Assembly: GCF_006345805.1 (NCBI RefSeq)
Contig: NC_042998.1
Coordinates: forward strand, 100,626,001-100,690,000
Direction of reading: 5' to 3'
DNA: 64,000 nucleotides
Source of the DNA: Octopus sinensis
Taxonomy: Eukaryota
This document shows, one piece after another, positions 38,301 to 52,100 of this stretch. The notes beneath the pieces are model-generated. The model worked only from the letters and a program-made list of their open reading frames with translations. It searched no databases and was not told where the DNA came from. The translations under genes and the position numbers were made by a program. Each line of letters starts with the position of its first letter. Position 1 is the first letter of the stretch.

Positions 38301-38437
38301 GAGATGTTATTACTTTATCTTTTAATGTCTAAATTATATTACATTTGAATGATGTCTCTTACAATGAATCAAGTCTATCAGCTTTTAACAATAATGATAA
38401 TGATGATGATGTGGGTGATGAGTATTTATATATGTAT

Positions 38438-39265
38438 ATGAGGAGGTATCAAGAAGTTTCTGGATTAGTTCTGTAGCATGCCAACAGATGGCAGCACATG
38501 GTTGCATGTGCAGTAAGAGCTAGCAGTGATCTTCATGAGGCAGTGTGCTGAGTGACATCACTGTGTTTATTTTGAAAATTGTGAAATTTGTGTTTTTGTG
38601 ATCATGTGTATGCTGTAGTCTGTGATTTTTGTCATGGATAGGAAGTTGGAATTAAGAGTCAATATAAAATGTTATGTTAAACTTGGAAAATCTGCAACGG
38701 AGACATTGAACATGCTTCAGTAAGCTTATGGTGTCAAGGCAATAAGTTGTACACAATGTTTCGAGTGGCACAGGTGCTTCAAAAGTGGAAGAACATCCCC
38801 GGAAGATGATGAGCGATCTGGAAGACCTGTCACAAGTATCACACCCAGAAAAAATTCATCAGCTTGTGAATGGTGATCGTTAGAGGACAATCGATGTTTT
38901 GAAGCATTTGATGGAGGACATTTGGTCAAAGTGATCAGATCTGTGGAGCACGAAGTGATCAGATCTGTGGATTCTTTACAATGACAATGCACCCTGTCAC
39001 CAAGCTCTCCTCACTTGTGAGTTTCTTGCCAATTACAACATTGCCATTCTAACACCATTGTTGAGATCCAGAGTGAATTGCAAAAGATCCTCAACTTGCT
39101 TACAGAAAACAACTTCCAGGCTGGATTCCCCAAATGGCAGGAACACCAGGACCAGTGTATTGGTATGCAAGGAGATTATTTTGAAGAACATGATGTTAAA
39201 ACTTAGGTAAATAAGTTATTTTTTTATTAAGCATAACAAGTCCTGGAACTTTTTGACTCAGCTTT
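38438..39265 (+). mobile_element. Decayed mariner element
   Basis: TIR-like ends GAGGAGGTATCAAGAAGTTTCTGGA / TCCTGGAACTTTTTGA. Transposase remnant KLGKSATETLNML...FKSGRTSPEDDERSGRP. Confidence 0.8.
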
Positions 39266-39339
39266 GATATCATTCTTTAGGATGATAGCAACTGGCAACA
39301 AATCTCTAAAGGCCTATTTTGTTTTTGCATCGAAATCAA

Positions 39340-39812
39340 ATTCGATGACTGGCATCCATGCTAGTGGAGCGCTAAGAGCACCATCCGAGCATGATCGTTG
39401 CCAGAGCAGCTAACTGGTTTCTGTGCCGGTGGCACGTAAAAAGCACCATTTGAGCGTGATCGTTACCAGTGTCACCTTACTGGCACTTGTGCTGGTGTCA
39501 TATGAAAAAAACATTCGAGCGAGGTCATTGCTAGTGCCGCTGGACTGGTTCCTGTGCAGGTGGGACGTAAAAAACACCATTTGAGCATGGCTGTTGCCAG
39601 TGCCGCCTGACTGGCCCTCGTGCTGGTGGTACGTAAAAGCACCCACTACACTCTTGGAGTGGTTGGCATTAGGAAGGGCATCCAGCTGTAGAAACTCTGG
39701 CAGATCAGATTGGAGCCTGGTGCAGCCATCTGGTTCGCCAGTCCTCAGTCAAATCGTCCAACCCATGCTAGCATGGAAAGCAGACATTAAACGATGATGA
39801 TGATGATGATGA
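39340..39812 (+). mobile_element. RTE 3'-UTR-derived element with (GAT)n tail
   Basis: Tandem GTGCCGGTGGCAC units, AGGAAGGGCATCCAGCTGTAGAAAC, and CCCATGCTAGCATGGAAAG followed by (GAT)n. Confidence 0.8.
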
Positions 39813-42762
39813 AAATCAATTAATAGAACTGAACGAGAGGAGAAATAGAAAGTTACGACCTTCATGTGTTTATCAAGGGTATATCAAATTGTTTTCTTAT
39901 TTCTTACATATATAATCTGTAACAATCTAGTCATAATTTCATTTACTCCATGACTCCAGTTAATGGCACAGCATGTGAATTCAAAAAATTAGTTGAAATG
40001 AATAAAACAACAAGGGATAACAACAATTTCTAACACTGGTGCCAGGTGACACATTTGTGGGAGAGCACTGTGTTGACTCAATCAATCCCACCACTACTTG
40101 TTTGTTGTATTAATTTTCACTGACCCTGGAAAGATAAAAAGTCAAGTCACCCTTGGTATGATTTGAACTCAAATTGCATAAGAGAAATACTGAATAATAC
40201 TGGAAGGTATTTTGTCCATGGTACAACAGATTCTATCAATCAGGATTTCTAGATTGTCACAAATTCACCAAATTTTATTGAAGGGGTGAAGTAGTGGACA
40301 GAATTGACACTCAGTTCTTGATGGTATTTATTTCAAACCCAGAAGAATAAATGCTTTAGTGAGATTTGTACATGGAAAGTTAGTTTTTTCTGGTGTTCTA
40401 CCAAGCCTACTAACCATTAATCTCCTCATGTGAATTTGTTTTTCTACTATGAGTGGTAATAATTAAGGAGACAGAAAAAGGGCAAGTGATATTAATGGGA
40501 AAGAACTCTATTTTAATGAACCAATACAAAATACACGAGTCTGCTGTTACTTAATCTGCAAGAAATGACAGGTATATTTCTCTCAAATTATACCCTACTG
40601 TATTGCAAAATACTTGGGATAAATTAGTCCTTGAAACATGGAACTTGGGGTGGGGAGGGAAAACGGTTTGTCACTGCTGGAACGCTTTTGATCGTAGGTC
40701 TGTTGTTCAGAGCTAACCTGGGGGTCAAATAACTGCAATAATAACAGTATACATGCAACAACTTAATATCATTATCACATCCTTTGGTTTTACACAGAGT
40801 AGTAGTGGAGGTGATAGTGTTAATTAGACTGACATTGGTAGTGGTGATGGTGATGATGGTAGTAGTGGTTATAAAGGAGTGATGGTAATGATGGTGGTGC
40901 TTATAGTGATGATGTATATGTTGGAGTTGAGAAATAGCTTATATTCACTTTGTTGAAGGATCACATAATTAGAAAGGAGAAAAAAATCATTGAGTGTCAG
41001 TTAATGTCCAAAGATCAAAATTTAAGTAAAATATATTTTTAAAAACACTGTATCACACTTTAAACTTTAAAACATTTTAAAGTTTTCCACTCATATTGAT
41101 AACTTTTGTCAAGGCAGTGGGAACATAAATCGCTTGAAGTGAGCCAACTATAGTCTGTAGATCTTTACTCCTTGGTCAGTCAAGGAGATTGACAGCTCTC
41201 TCATGTTATACATTAAAAAAAACCCCAAAAGCAGTTTTACTTTTACTCATAGAGGCTAAACTGCATTATTGTAACTGATTATTACCAGGGATCTAAAGAC
41301 AGGAATCCAAAGACTGAAAGGCATATGCGATTGTCAGGATTTGAACAAACAACAGTTATGGTCAAAAATCCAGTCTGGCATTCTGCTATCTTGACTGTTT
41401 CTATCACCTTACTATATTAAAGCAGGAAGACATTTATGTTATGAGTAGAAACTAAAACATCTTCATCTCCTTATTATATTAAGATAAAAAAAGGCACTTA
41501 TGTTATATAGGGAAATAGTTAACTGAATAAAGACAGTTATAATTTTTGCTAACACAGTTTAACAAACACCGTTCCTTCATAATACTTTGTCAACAAAATC
41601 CTTCACGAGGAACAATGTTTAAGTCCAGTTTCATTGCATTAACTGTTGAGAAATAAAATTTTTTCCGAGATAAAATGCCAGGCTGTCATAGATAACATTC
41701 CAAAAAGAATCTAATTATTCTTGACAATATTTCAAGTGCATAAAATTAGAAATTATTTCAGTTCTAAAACAAAATAACTGCAGTGGGTTTGAATTCCAGA
41801 CATGTGACCTGGTGGTTGAACAAGCAACCAATTTGTTTATAAAGCAGATTTGATTTAAAAAGTAAAAATAAAAGGGTGCAAAGGAATAATATCCTCTTTT
41901 AAATACACAGACATTACATATCATAGCCGTCCCATTTATGACTCAGTTATCTTAAACTATTCAGATCATGAATGTATTGGTTTTTTTTAGAAAATGACAG
42001 AAGGCAATTTTTGCCACAAGCAAGATTTGAACTTGGCACCATGAGTTATTTGACTATGCTTTAAATCTCTTCTAATTTTTCTTTATAATCCTGCCACTGA
42101 GAAAGTAGCTACTGAGAAACAGAACACCTGATGAATCAGTCTTTCCTCTTTGTATCACCTTCTACTGTATCTCACTTTCTAGATCATGTAACAAACAATT
42201 TGCCTATTACTTACCTTCCCAGAACTGCAGCCCTCTGAAACTCTCTATAGATATCAACCTAGAGAAGTCTACCTTTCTAGTCTAGGTGGGTGGATATACA
42301 AAAACTATGGTCATAAAATACCCTCTTTTTTCCCAGTCTAAATAAAAAAAAAGAACATTCACACACAAACAGATATTCATGCACGTACCTACAACACACA
42401 CACACACACAAACACAAACACACGCACTTCAGATCTTGTGGGAAGAAAATAAGATCAGTAGATGTGGTCGACATAACTAATACACACATTCTCTCTTTCT
42501 CTCTCTCTCTCTCTCATATACAAACATTGTTGAAAAGGATCCTAGATGATTATTTGTAAGGGAACAAATTTCATAGAACCTCTATTCAGGGATGTATATT
42601 TAAGAGCCATTCAATAATTAAAACCACAAAATTTTTTATGTTCGTTAAAAAAAATATTGCTTGGTTAAAATAATATCAAAAGGCATTTTACTGTCCTTGA
42701 GGGGGAAAAAATAAGGTCACACATTCTGGTTGAGAGTTATATTTTGATCATCTTAGTTCCAA

Positions 42763-42949
42763 TCATACAACTGTTGGTTTGATGTTGTTATTCAAAGCAA
42801 AATTTACATTCTCATAGCACATTATTTGACTGATGGCTATGTCTCCATGTTTTTCAATTTGACTTAATTCGGTGAGTTCGTCTACGATAGTTGCAAAATC
42901 AGGCCTTAAGTTTTGGTCTACTTGCCAGCACCGTAACATGATTTCATAC
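42763..42949 (-). CDS. MET: MET-like RTK exon: subdomain XI and C-terminal tail
   Basis: [25 protein letters not shown]...CYENV...PTVV*. Acceptor TTTTCAG. YENV is a YxN (Grb2-type) docking motif. Confidence 0.88.
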
Positions 42950-43300
42950 CTGAAAAGAAAGGTGAAAAAATGTACAAACACACACACACACATATATCTA
43001 TATCTTTACATATAATAAGTTAAAAATTAAAAATTTATGTGTTGAGCATGTGCCTAGAAGTATGATCACTAACAACATCCTCTAGTGAATCTGAACGAAT
43101 GAAACATTGTTTATGTAACAAGGTACATTATTGCATCACTTGATGAGATACTTCTACACTGTAGGATGCACCAAAATTAATTGTATAGTTTCCTACCCAT
43201 GAGGGAGTGATGCAGGATGTGTTGAAAAGGTCAATGGGATCAATAAAGTTTCCTGTATATTCCATTTTCCAACTCTATTGTTTCTGTTATTTACATATAT

Positions 43301-43339
<39 letters not shown>

Positions 43340-45158
43340 ACAATATATAGGTATATAAATTGAGTATCAGGGTAATACTTAATCTAGAGACTGTAATAAA
43401 ACGTGTAAATAAATATAAATAATATAATAACTCTTCTCTTTTATTTAAAGTTAATGATATAAAAAAATTGTTTAAAGTAACTAACAAAGAAATGTTCTTT
43501 ATTTATTTAGTTTACCAGTGGGAGTATTTTGATATCCATTATTATAGCCTAACTCTATATCTATGGGCTAATATAGGTTGTAGTTATTGTTGCTCTAAAT
43601 TTATCTTCACATTTATTTTGGAATTCTCCCTCTGATAAGTAATTAAAGAGCATTTTTGTTAGGTTTCTCTTCATATGTATTACAGAATTCTCCCTCCAAT
43701 AAGCTAGATAAAAAGAACATTTTTTTGTTAGTTACTTTAAACAATTTTTTTTGTATCAATAACTTTAAATAAAAGAGAAGAGTTGTTATATATTCTTTTT
43801 TACTCTAGGCACAAGACCCAAAATTTTTGGGGAGGGGACCAGTTGATTAGATTGATCCCAGTACACAACTAGTTCTTTATTTATTGACCCCGAGAGGATG
43901 AAAGGCAAAGTTGACCTCGGTGGAATTTGAACTCAGAACGTAAAGAAAGATGAAATACTGCTAAGCATTTTGCCTGGTGTGCTAACGTTTCTGCCAGCTT
44001 GCTGCCTTAGAGTTGTTATATATTACCAATATAATAGTATATTATCATTTATATTTATTTACACGTTTTATTACAGTCTCTAGATTAAGTATTACCCTGA
44101 TACTCAATTTATATACTACATATTGCTGTTATATATTATTATAATAGCCAAAGATTGTCTTCGATCTAAATGAATTTGGATATATATATCGTTTGTAAAA
44201 AACATAAATCTGAAAGAAGAAGCATACTCCAAGATATAGAGAAGTATATATTAAAAATAAGGAAGGCCGGTTTGTGAGATTACCTTAGGTCTCCTATCCA
44301 TAAAGGGTTTAGCTTTATGACATATTGTCAGATCCTAAAAACCTGTTGGCCCATGACCTCTTAAAAATAAACCTTTTATGGACGAGAAACCTATGGTAAA
44401 CTGGTCTTCCCCATTTTTAATATATATATATAATCAAAATAAGCAACAGGGATATCCAAAGGTAGTGCAGTACAATTGTTTCATGCTACTTCATTTAATT
44501 AAACGATGCAAGTATTACATCAGTTTTAAAATGTAGATTTATATGGATAATACCATACCAAATTCTGGTGCCTTTAACTTAAGTACCATATTCATCTGAA
44601 TCTAAATTTTTACTGAACTTATATATATATATATATATCAGAGGTTTTCAGTATCATAAGTCTCATTCTTTCCCTTGTGATCTTGGGTTTCATCAATTCC
44701 TCTTCCATTCTGAATTGTTATCTAGTAATTTTTCATCATTAAACTTTTAAAGTGGTAGTTAATGAGAAAATCTGTTTATCTGAGTTTCTTTATTAAAAAA
44801 AGTTTTCAATCTGATTTGATATCAAAATATGTTGTTTGGAAGCCCAAAGGCACTTTATTCAGTGTCATCAAAAGAAAGAAGGAAGGTAATAATGAAATTT
44901 ATGCAACACAAAACCTCCACTTTTATCTGCATGTATACATCCCCAGGAATATATTCCAGCTAATGGAAACATGAAAACATTTGTAACAGCAGTAAATGTT
45001 GCTGGGAAGTGGGGGAAAATAACCAGCATTTGGTGAGCCCTTGTAGTTAATTTATTATATTTGGTAAAAACTTGGAGATCATGCTAATGAGGTGTTGTTT
45101 TGAATCATAGCTCAGTCTCTTTCTCTTGCTCTCTCATATATATATATATATATACATA

Positions 45159-45217
<59 letters not shown>

Positions 45218-48200
45218 GTATATGATGAAGGCTGTCAGGTTGAACTGTCAAAGTTACTGTCATCTCAATTCTTGTAAAAGTTTAATAAATATGTACTCTA
45301 CTATAAAGTATTGAGTAATTTTTCAGTTTAAAATTAAGTTGTTTTAATACATAACTTGATATAAAAACAAATGTGTGTGCCCAGACTACTGGGCATGATA
45401 TTTGTTGAGGATCTTCTTCAAATCAAACAAACACTAGGTATAGTGGTTTGCCTTTTGCTAAAAAAAATTTCCTGTAGTTGTATCACTAGAAAGGGGGAAT
45501 CAGTCTCACTCAAACCTGGCACACAAGTGAGCTGTATTTTATCTAAGTTAATTTTTTTTTAATTAACTGCTCGACAGCCCTTTCTCTATTTGTGTTACTC
45601 TGTTCATCATTTTGATTCCTCTGTCATTGCTTCTTTCTAGCAGTTGATTATGATACTGTTGTACCAGCCATTGGGGATGATTCATTCCTGAACAACCTGA
45701 CTAACTGTAAGGGCAAAGAGAACATCTATTTCACCACAATTTCAGCATCTGTAACTACCCTTAATGGTTCAGCTGCTTCCCTTACATTCGTATCTTTTAT
45801 GGCCACTTTGATCATTTGGCAGTCAATATAACTGGCCCTTCTGTTGGGTCTGCTTCAATAGTCCTCCCTTTCTTGTTCATTCTCCTTATTCAGCAGCATC
45901 TCATAGTAACACTTCAAGAGGTTGTTCTTTCTGGTGTCAGCTTGAGAAAATGCACTTTCACCCAGGTCAGTAACCTCTCTTGGTGCAGACCCACTGTCTT
46001 TTCAGATCAAAGAATGCCTATGATGACAATAACACTGTTGCTGCCTCTGCTGTGTGAGTGCACGTCTGTCTGCCTGTCTGTCCATCTCTCCATCTATCTA
46101 TCAGTGTGTGTGTGTGTGTGTGTGTGTAAATTTTACCATGCAATAGTAAGCTAAACACACACACATATATACCATGGAACAGTAATATATATATAACAGG
46201 TAATATGGATTAATAACTCCATGCAGATACCTAGAAAGCACCCTGTTGTTCATACACACAAACACACACACATGCATAAAAACAACATTGGAACATCAAA
46301 TACAGTATATTACTCAGTTTTAACTTACGTTTTACTAGGACAATAGTCTGGTTTGTCCATTCTGCGGCCAGATTTTAAGAACTTGGGCATGTCCCAGTTA
46401 TCAACGGTTGGATAAGGGTTTACTCCTCGGGTGAACAACTCCCACAAAACTACACCATACGACCACTGAAATAGAAATTATATGCATATAATTAAATCTC
46501 ATATAAGCGTAGATGTGTGATGAAAGCTGAAAGAATAGAAAATAAATCGTATTTAATATTTTGACATTAATATTGGTAAAAAGGAACAAAATGTCTTACT
46601 CTATCTTTACAAGTGTTGACTGAAAAGTTAATAGGTTGACCAAGATACTCTCATGGAATGTGACCAACGGATGTTTATTTTACAATATAGTCCCACTTGT
46701 GGTCCACATATTTCTTCTATTGGTGCTGCAGTGCTTAGATTCCATTGGTGAAGAAGCTTTCATCCTGTTGCTCAAAAAATACATCACCAACAGATATGAC
46801 ATTATCATCACTGTGATACTACTTCCCAGCCAAGTGTTTTTTCACATTGGGAAACAGATGATAGTCTGATGGAACCAACTCAAAAGAATAGGGAAGGAGA
46901 GCAACCAGTTCAAAACCACAGTTATGCATAGTAACTATTGAAACCAAAGGCTTGTATACTGGAGCATTTTCCTTATGAAACAAAACCCCTTTCATCAGTT
47001 TCCTGAACATTTGGTCTTGATAGCCTTTTGTAACTGCTCCATTGATGGTGTGGTCCTTTTGAAGAAGTCTTTTGCATCTTAAAAACATGAAGTCATCACC
47101 TTTCCTGCAGATGAAATGACCTTGGAGTAGGTGGTGTTTCCACAGCACAGATTGTTCTTTGTCTCTGACTTAAAGTGATGAACACTCATTCTGGGTTAGG
47201 AAATGTTCAAGAAAACCAGTTGGATCTGCCTCAGACAATGTCAGATTTTCATGTGGTGTGATCAGCCTGGTACACTTTTGATCAGGTGTCAGAAGGCATG
47301 GGACCCATCAAGTAAAAACCTTTGTCATGCCATGTTCATCAGGCAGAATATTCTCGACTCTTTCACAGGATATGCTAATAGCATTGACTATTGGATTTAT
47401 TGTCAATTGCCTGTCATACATCACCATATGGTGAACATGCTCAATGTTTTCCTTGGTGGTGGTAGTTGCAGGACATCCAGACCTTGGGTCATCTTCAAGA
47501 CTGCCTTTCCCCTTCAAATTTTAGCTGCCCACTTTTGCACTATTGAAAAGCTGGAGCATCATCCTCTAAAGTAGCAACCATGTCAGCATGAATGCCGTTG
47601 GGGGCTAAACTCTTTTTCTCCAGGTACTAAATAACACTACAATGCCAAATTTTGTCCATTTTTAAGACAAGTTGCTACTAGTTACTTTTGAAGTTGTTTT
47701 TTTGTTCTTGAATAGACAGACATCAGTTTATTTGGAAAGATACAATGTAGTTATTAATAAAAAGAACTGAAATTAATGCATGCAAAATTTCACAGTTCTT
47801 GCATGACACTTTCATAATCAGTCTATGAACTTTTCAGCCCACCCTCTTAAGTAAGAGTGTGTTTTGTTTAGCATTTTGTACTGGCATGAATTCAGTCATC
47901 AATCATTACACTGTGAAACCAAACTTTTTTTTTTCTGTTTGTCTTTGGTCAGGGTTATTTCCTATCTGCTTCTATCTAGAAATCAAAGGAAATGACCACT
48001 ATTCCCTTCAAACTTTGCTTTTGTGACTTGGACATTAATGTCTTGAAACTGACCTATTTTCAATTACATTTCAGACAGATACAGCACTGAGTCACTGAAG
48101 CAGAAACATAATAGCAAATATTCTACTCATTACCACAGATTTGCTTGTTAGTTGCTTGACCTTAATCAATTGAGCATGTCTCTTAGTGGCCAACAATATG

Positions 48201-49154
48201 AGCATCTCTGATTATGAGCGAAAGTAGTGGGGGAGCATCATAACCATGTGTTCAGAGGGACTCTTTGGGGTTTTAATAGATACAATAAAAGCAAAGTTTG
48301 AAGCAAAAATTAGTCATTTTTTAATATTTTCTAAGGGTAAGCAAATGGGAAATAACAGTTGCTACCTAAGGACAAAAATCATATTACACAGTGCTAACAT
48401 TATCATCATTGTTTTAATGACTTCTTTTCCTTGCTTGCATGGGTCAGATAGAGTTTACTTGAGGCAGATTTTCTATGGTTAGATGCCCTTCCTGTCACCG
48501 ACCCTCAACTGTTTCCAAGCAAGGTAATATTTTCCAATGGCCAGACATGCTGTTGTAGAATGCAGAAAATGAATGACACTGCTTGTACAACTGTGACATT
48601 CATTTATGTGATGTCAAGACAAAGAAACACAAATATATGTAAATACATACATATACATATATGTACACACACACACACACACACACATACACACACACAC
48701 ACACACACTGGGCTTCTTTAAGTTTCTATTTATCTAATCACAAGGCTTAGGCCTGCCTGGTGCTACAGTAAAAGACACTTTCTCAAGGTGCTATACAGTG
48801 GAACTGAACCCAGAACTAACTGGCTGAGAGGAAAACTTCCTACCACACAGCCACACAAATTCATAATTCTGCATGAAATGTTGATACATGTGATTTATAG
48901 CTGTGTACACTGATTCTGACTACTTATTTCAAAAACAGAAAAGAAAATCCTTTTTTTCATTTTAGGTAATTGCGAACATTTGAGTTCTTGGTTTCCAGTG
49001 AGTCAAGTGCTGTATATCTGATGATGAGAGTGAGAAGGGAGTTTCTGCTCAACTTGAGCAGAATAAATACCACAGAGAATTTTTGTTTCACCATACTGGT
49101 TGATTTCCTTATCAATTTGTACATCAGTGAAAAATGCAGACATAGATACACACA

Positions 49155-49192
<38 letters not shown>

Positions 49193-52100
49193 CAAAAGAG
49201 TGATGAAAGCTACTGCAATGCTGAAAGTAGTCACAAAGAAATTCATAGCATTTCCTGTTGATTGCATTATGTTACAATAAGCTCAACCTACTGGCTGTTC
49301 ATTGCTCTTGTCACTTATGTATATCACACATATGTTAGAGACATTAGCTTTGGGTTGCCCAAGGAGCTATGAAGTAGGATCAAATCCAAAGCCAAGTATT
49401 TGTGAAGCAAAGTCTTTTCGATCATATAGGCATGCACTGTCTTAAAGCAATAATTTTCTTTGGTTGATAAAGTTTAGGTATAACTGCCCAGAACAGCAAC
49501 AAAATCAAAATAAAGCAATACAATTTCAATTTAACCCTCTAACTTTATTTGTTGTTTTGAATTAATCATGCGTTATCTTGTAGCTTTGAGGTTTTTATAT
49601 GTGACTGCTTACTTTTAGAATGACATTGGAGAGTAGGTATGAGAGAGATCTGGTCAGTTTGAAAAAATAACAGGTAGAATATTTTGGGCTAGTTATGGCT
49701 AATTTAAATGCTAATGGGTTAATTTAGTGAGCCTCAAAATCATGTAATATTATTGATTATATCCTGAAAGATCAGGATATCTAACCAAGGTGCAAAAATC
49801 ATAGTTTTCAACAAACATATCTGAACTAAGTTGTGATTTTTCAGAGCTTTTCAACAGAAGTAGCTTTACTGTTGTCATGTCTAGCAATGCATGCATATGA
49901 AAGCAGATCATGACCTAGTTTGGTGTCCCACATGCTGTGGGAAAATTTCAAATGTTTTTTGCAAGAAATAAAGCAATTCAGCATTACTAAATGAATAATG
50001 TAACAGGGCCATATTAAATTCCTCACAGTATTTAGTATTTTTTTTTCTATTTACTGAGTTTAAATCTTTTTAAAATTGATCTTTGATTTTCATTTTCAGA
50101 GGTTTGTAATCAAAGTATCAATTATTAGGATTATTGAAATTATTAATACAAATTTTTAGTCTGGTACCAGTGTGAGAAATCAATATTAATTTGGAATGAG
50201 GGTGGCAAGCTGGCAGAATTGTTATCATATCAGGCAAAATGCTTAGCAGTGTTTCATCTGTCTTTAGGTTCTGTGTTCAAATTCTGCAGAGGTCAACTTT
50301 GCCTTTCATCCTTTCAAGGTCAATAAAATAAGTACCAGTTGAGCACTGGGGTTTATATAATTGACTTAACCCTTCCCCTGAAATTACAAGCCTTATGCCA
50401 AAATTTGAAGTTAATATTAATTTGGAATGAGAAACACTTAAGAATAAACTTAGGTTTTGAGAATAGCATTCATTGCTCTTACTTGTTTCTAGATTACTTC
50501 ATATGAGGCACAAATATCTTTCAACAACGCATTAACATCTCACCTGAGTTCCATTCCTACCATATGGTTGAGTTGTTGGTGGTAGATAGGTTATATTGTC
50601 ACAAAATCCACTGGTTTAACAATATGCATACATCATATGTTTTGAAAACTTTGCCATCAACTTTATGATGGGGAAAGAGTACAAAATAAATAAATAAATC
50701 AATAAATACCATAAAAATCAAAATGAACATAAAAAAGCCAGAAATTACTTACAACATCTGTTTTTATGTTATAGTTTCCTGTTTCCAAACTTTCTAGCGC
50801 CATCCATTTTACGGGAAGTTTTGATTTCTTATTATCACTGCTATAGTAGTCTCGTTCATAAATATCTCGAGAAAGACCAAAATCTGCAACTTTTACCACA
50901 AGTTTTTCATCAAGCCTAAAAAGAAAATAATATTCAGTATTAATTCTATGTAAAACATACTTGGCCTTAATTAAAGCAAAGAAGTGACATAGATGAGGAA
51001 ATGTTAGACTAAATGTATTCTGGTATTTAGTTATGTTATTTTATTTATATATTTATTTTTGTTCTGATCTCACTGGGATTGATGTTTGCATTTCCTCTCT
51101 ATCAGCAGATTTTTACTTTTCATCTGTAAAACAAAGTCAAAAGAATACATAAACTATCAGCATTATGCTAAATACTTATTGATTTCTTAGCTTGGCAAAA
51201 CGTCACAAATTAGCAAGAGTAGAGTGTAGTTTATTGGCTTAACCCTCATTACATAACTAGTACTTATATAAGCACTAGTATGCTATTTTACTGGTGGTTA
51301 GTTCAGTAGACTAGACCCTTCTCCTATAAATCTGTGACAGAGAATGAGACAGACACAGGCACATCGTTTCAGGTTCTGACCAAATGCATGGCAGTGCTCC
51401 AGCATGGCTGCAGTCAAATGACAGAAACAAGTATATTTATATATATATATATATATATGTAAAAGTCCACTCTGCTGAGTGGTTGGTGTTGAGAAGGGCA
51501 TCCAGGTGTAAAAATCCTGCCAAAACAGTCACAGAAGTCTGGTGCAGGCTTCAGCCTGACCAGATCTTGTGGTACTGTCCCACCCTTTCTAGAATGGAAC
51601 ACAGACTTTAAATGATGATGATGATCTTGATATATACATAAAATAAAAATACTGCTATATGTTCATTCAACCTATGCTAGCAGGGAAAAACAGATGGCCA
51701 GTCAGTGGGTACTGGCATCGGCCATGTTTGGATGGTGCTTTTTATGTGCCACCGGCACAAGAGCCAGTCAGTGGGTACTGGCATCGGCCATGTTTGGATA
51801 TTTTTTATGTGCCACCAGCACAGGAGCCAGTTAGGTAGATCTGGCATTGACTGCATTCGGATGGTGCTTTTTATGTGCCACCAGCACAGGAGCCAGTTAT
51901 GGGGCACTGGCCACAGCTATGATATTGGTTTTACTTGTCTCAACAGGTCTTCTCAAGCATATCATATTACATGACGCATCAGGGGTACTCTTAACTGGGC
52001 TGGACATACATGGCTGTGATCTCACTTTAGTTGCGTCTTCTCAATCACTGCATATCTCCAAAGGTTTCGGTCTCCTGTTATTGCCTCTGTGAGACCCAAT

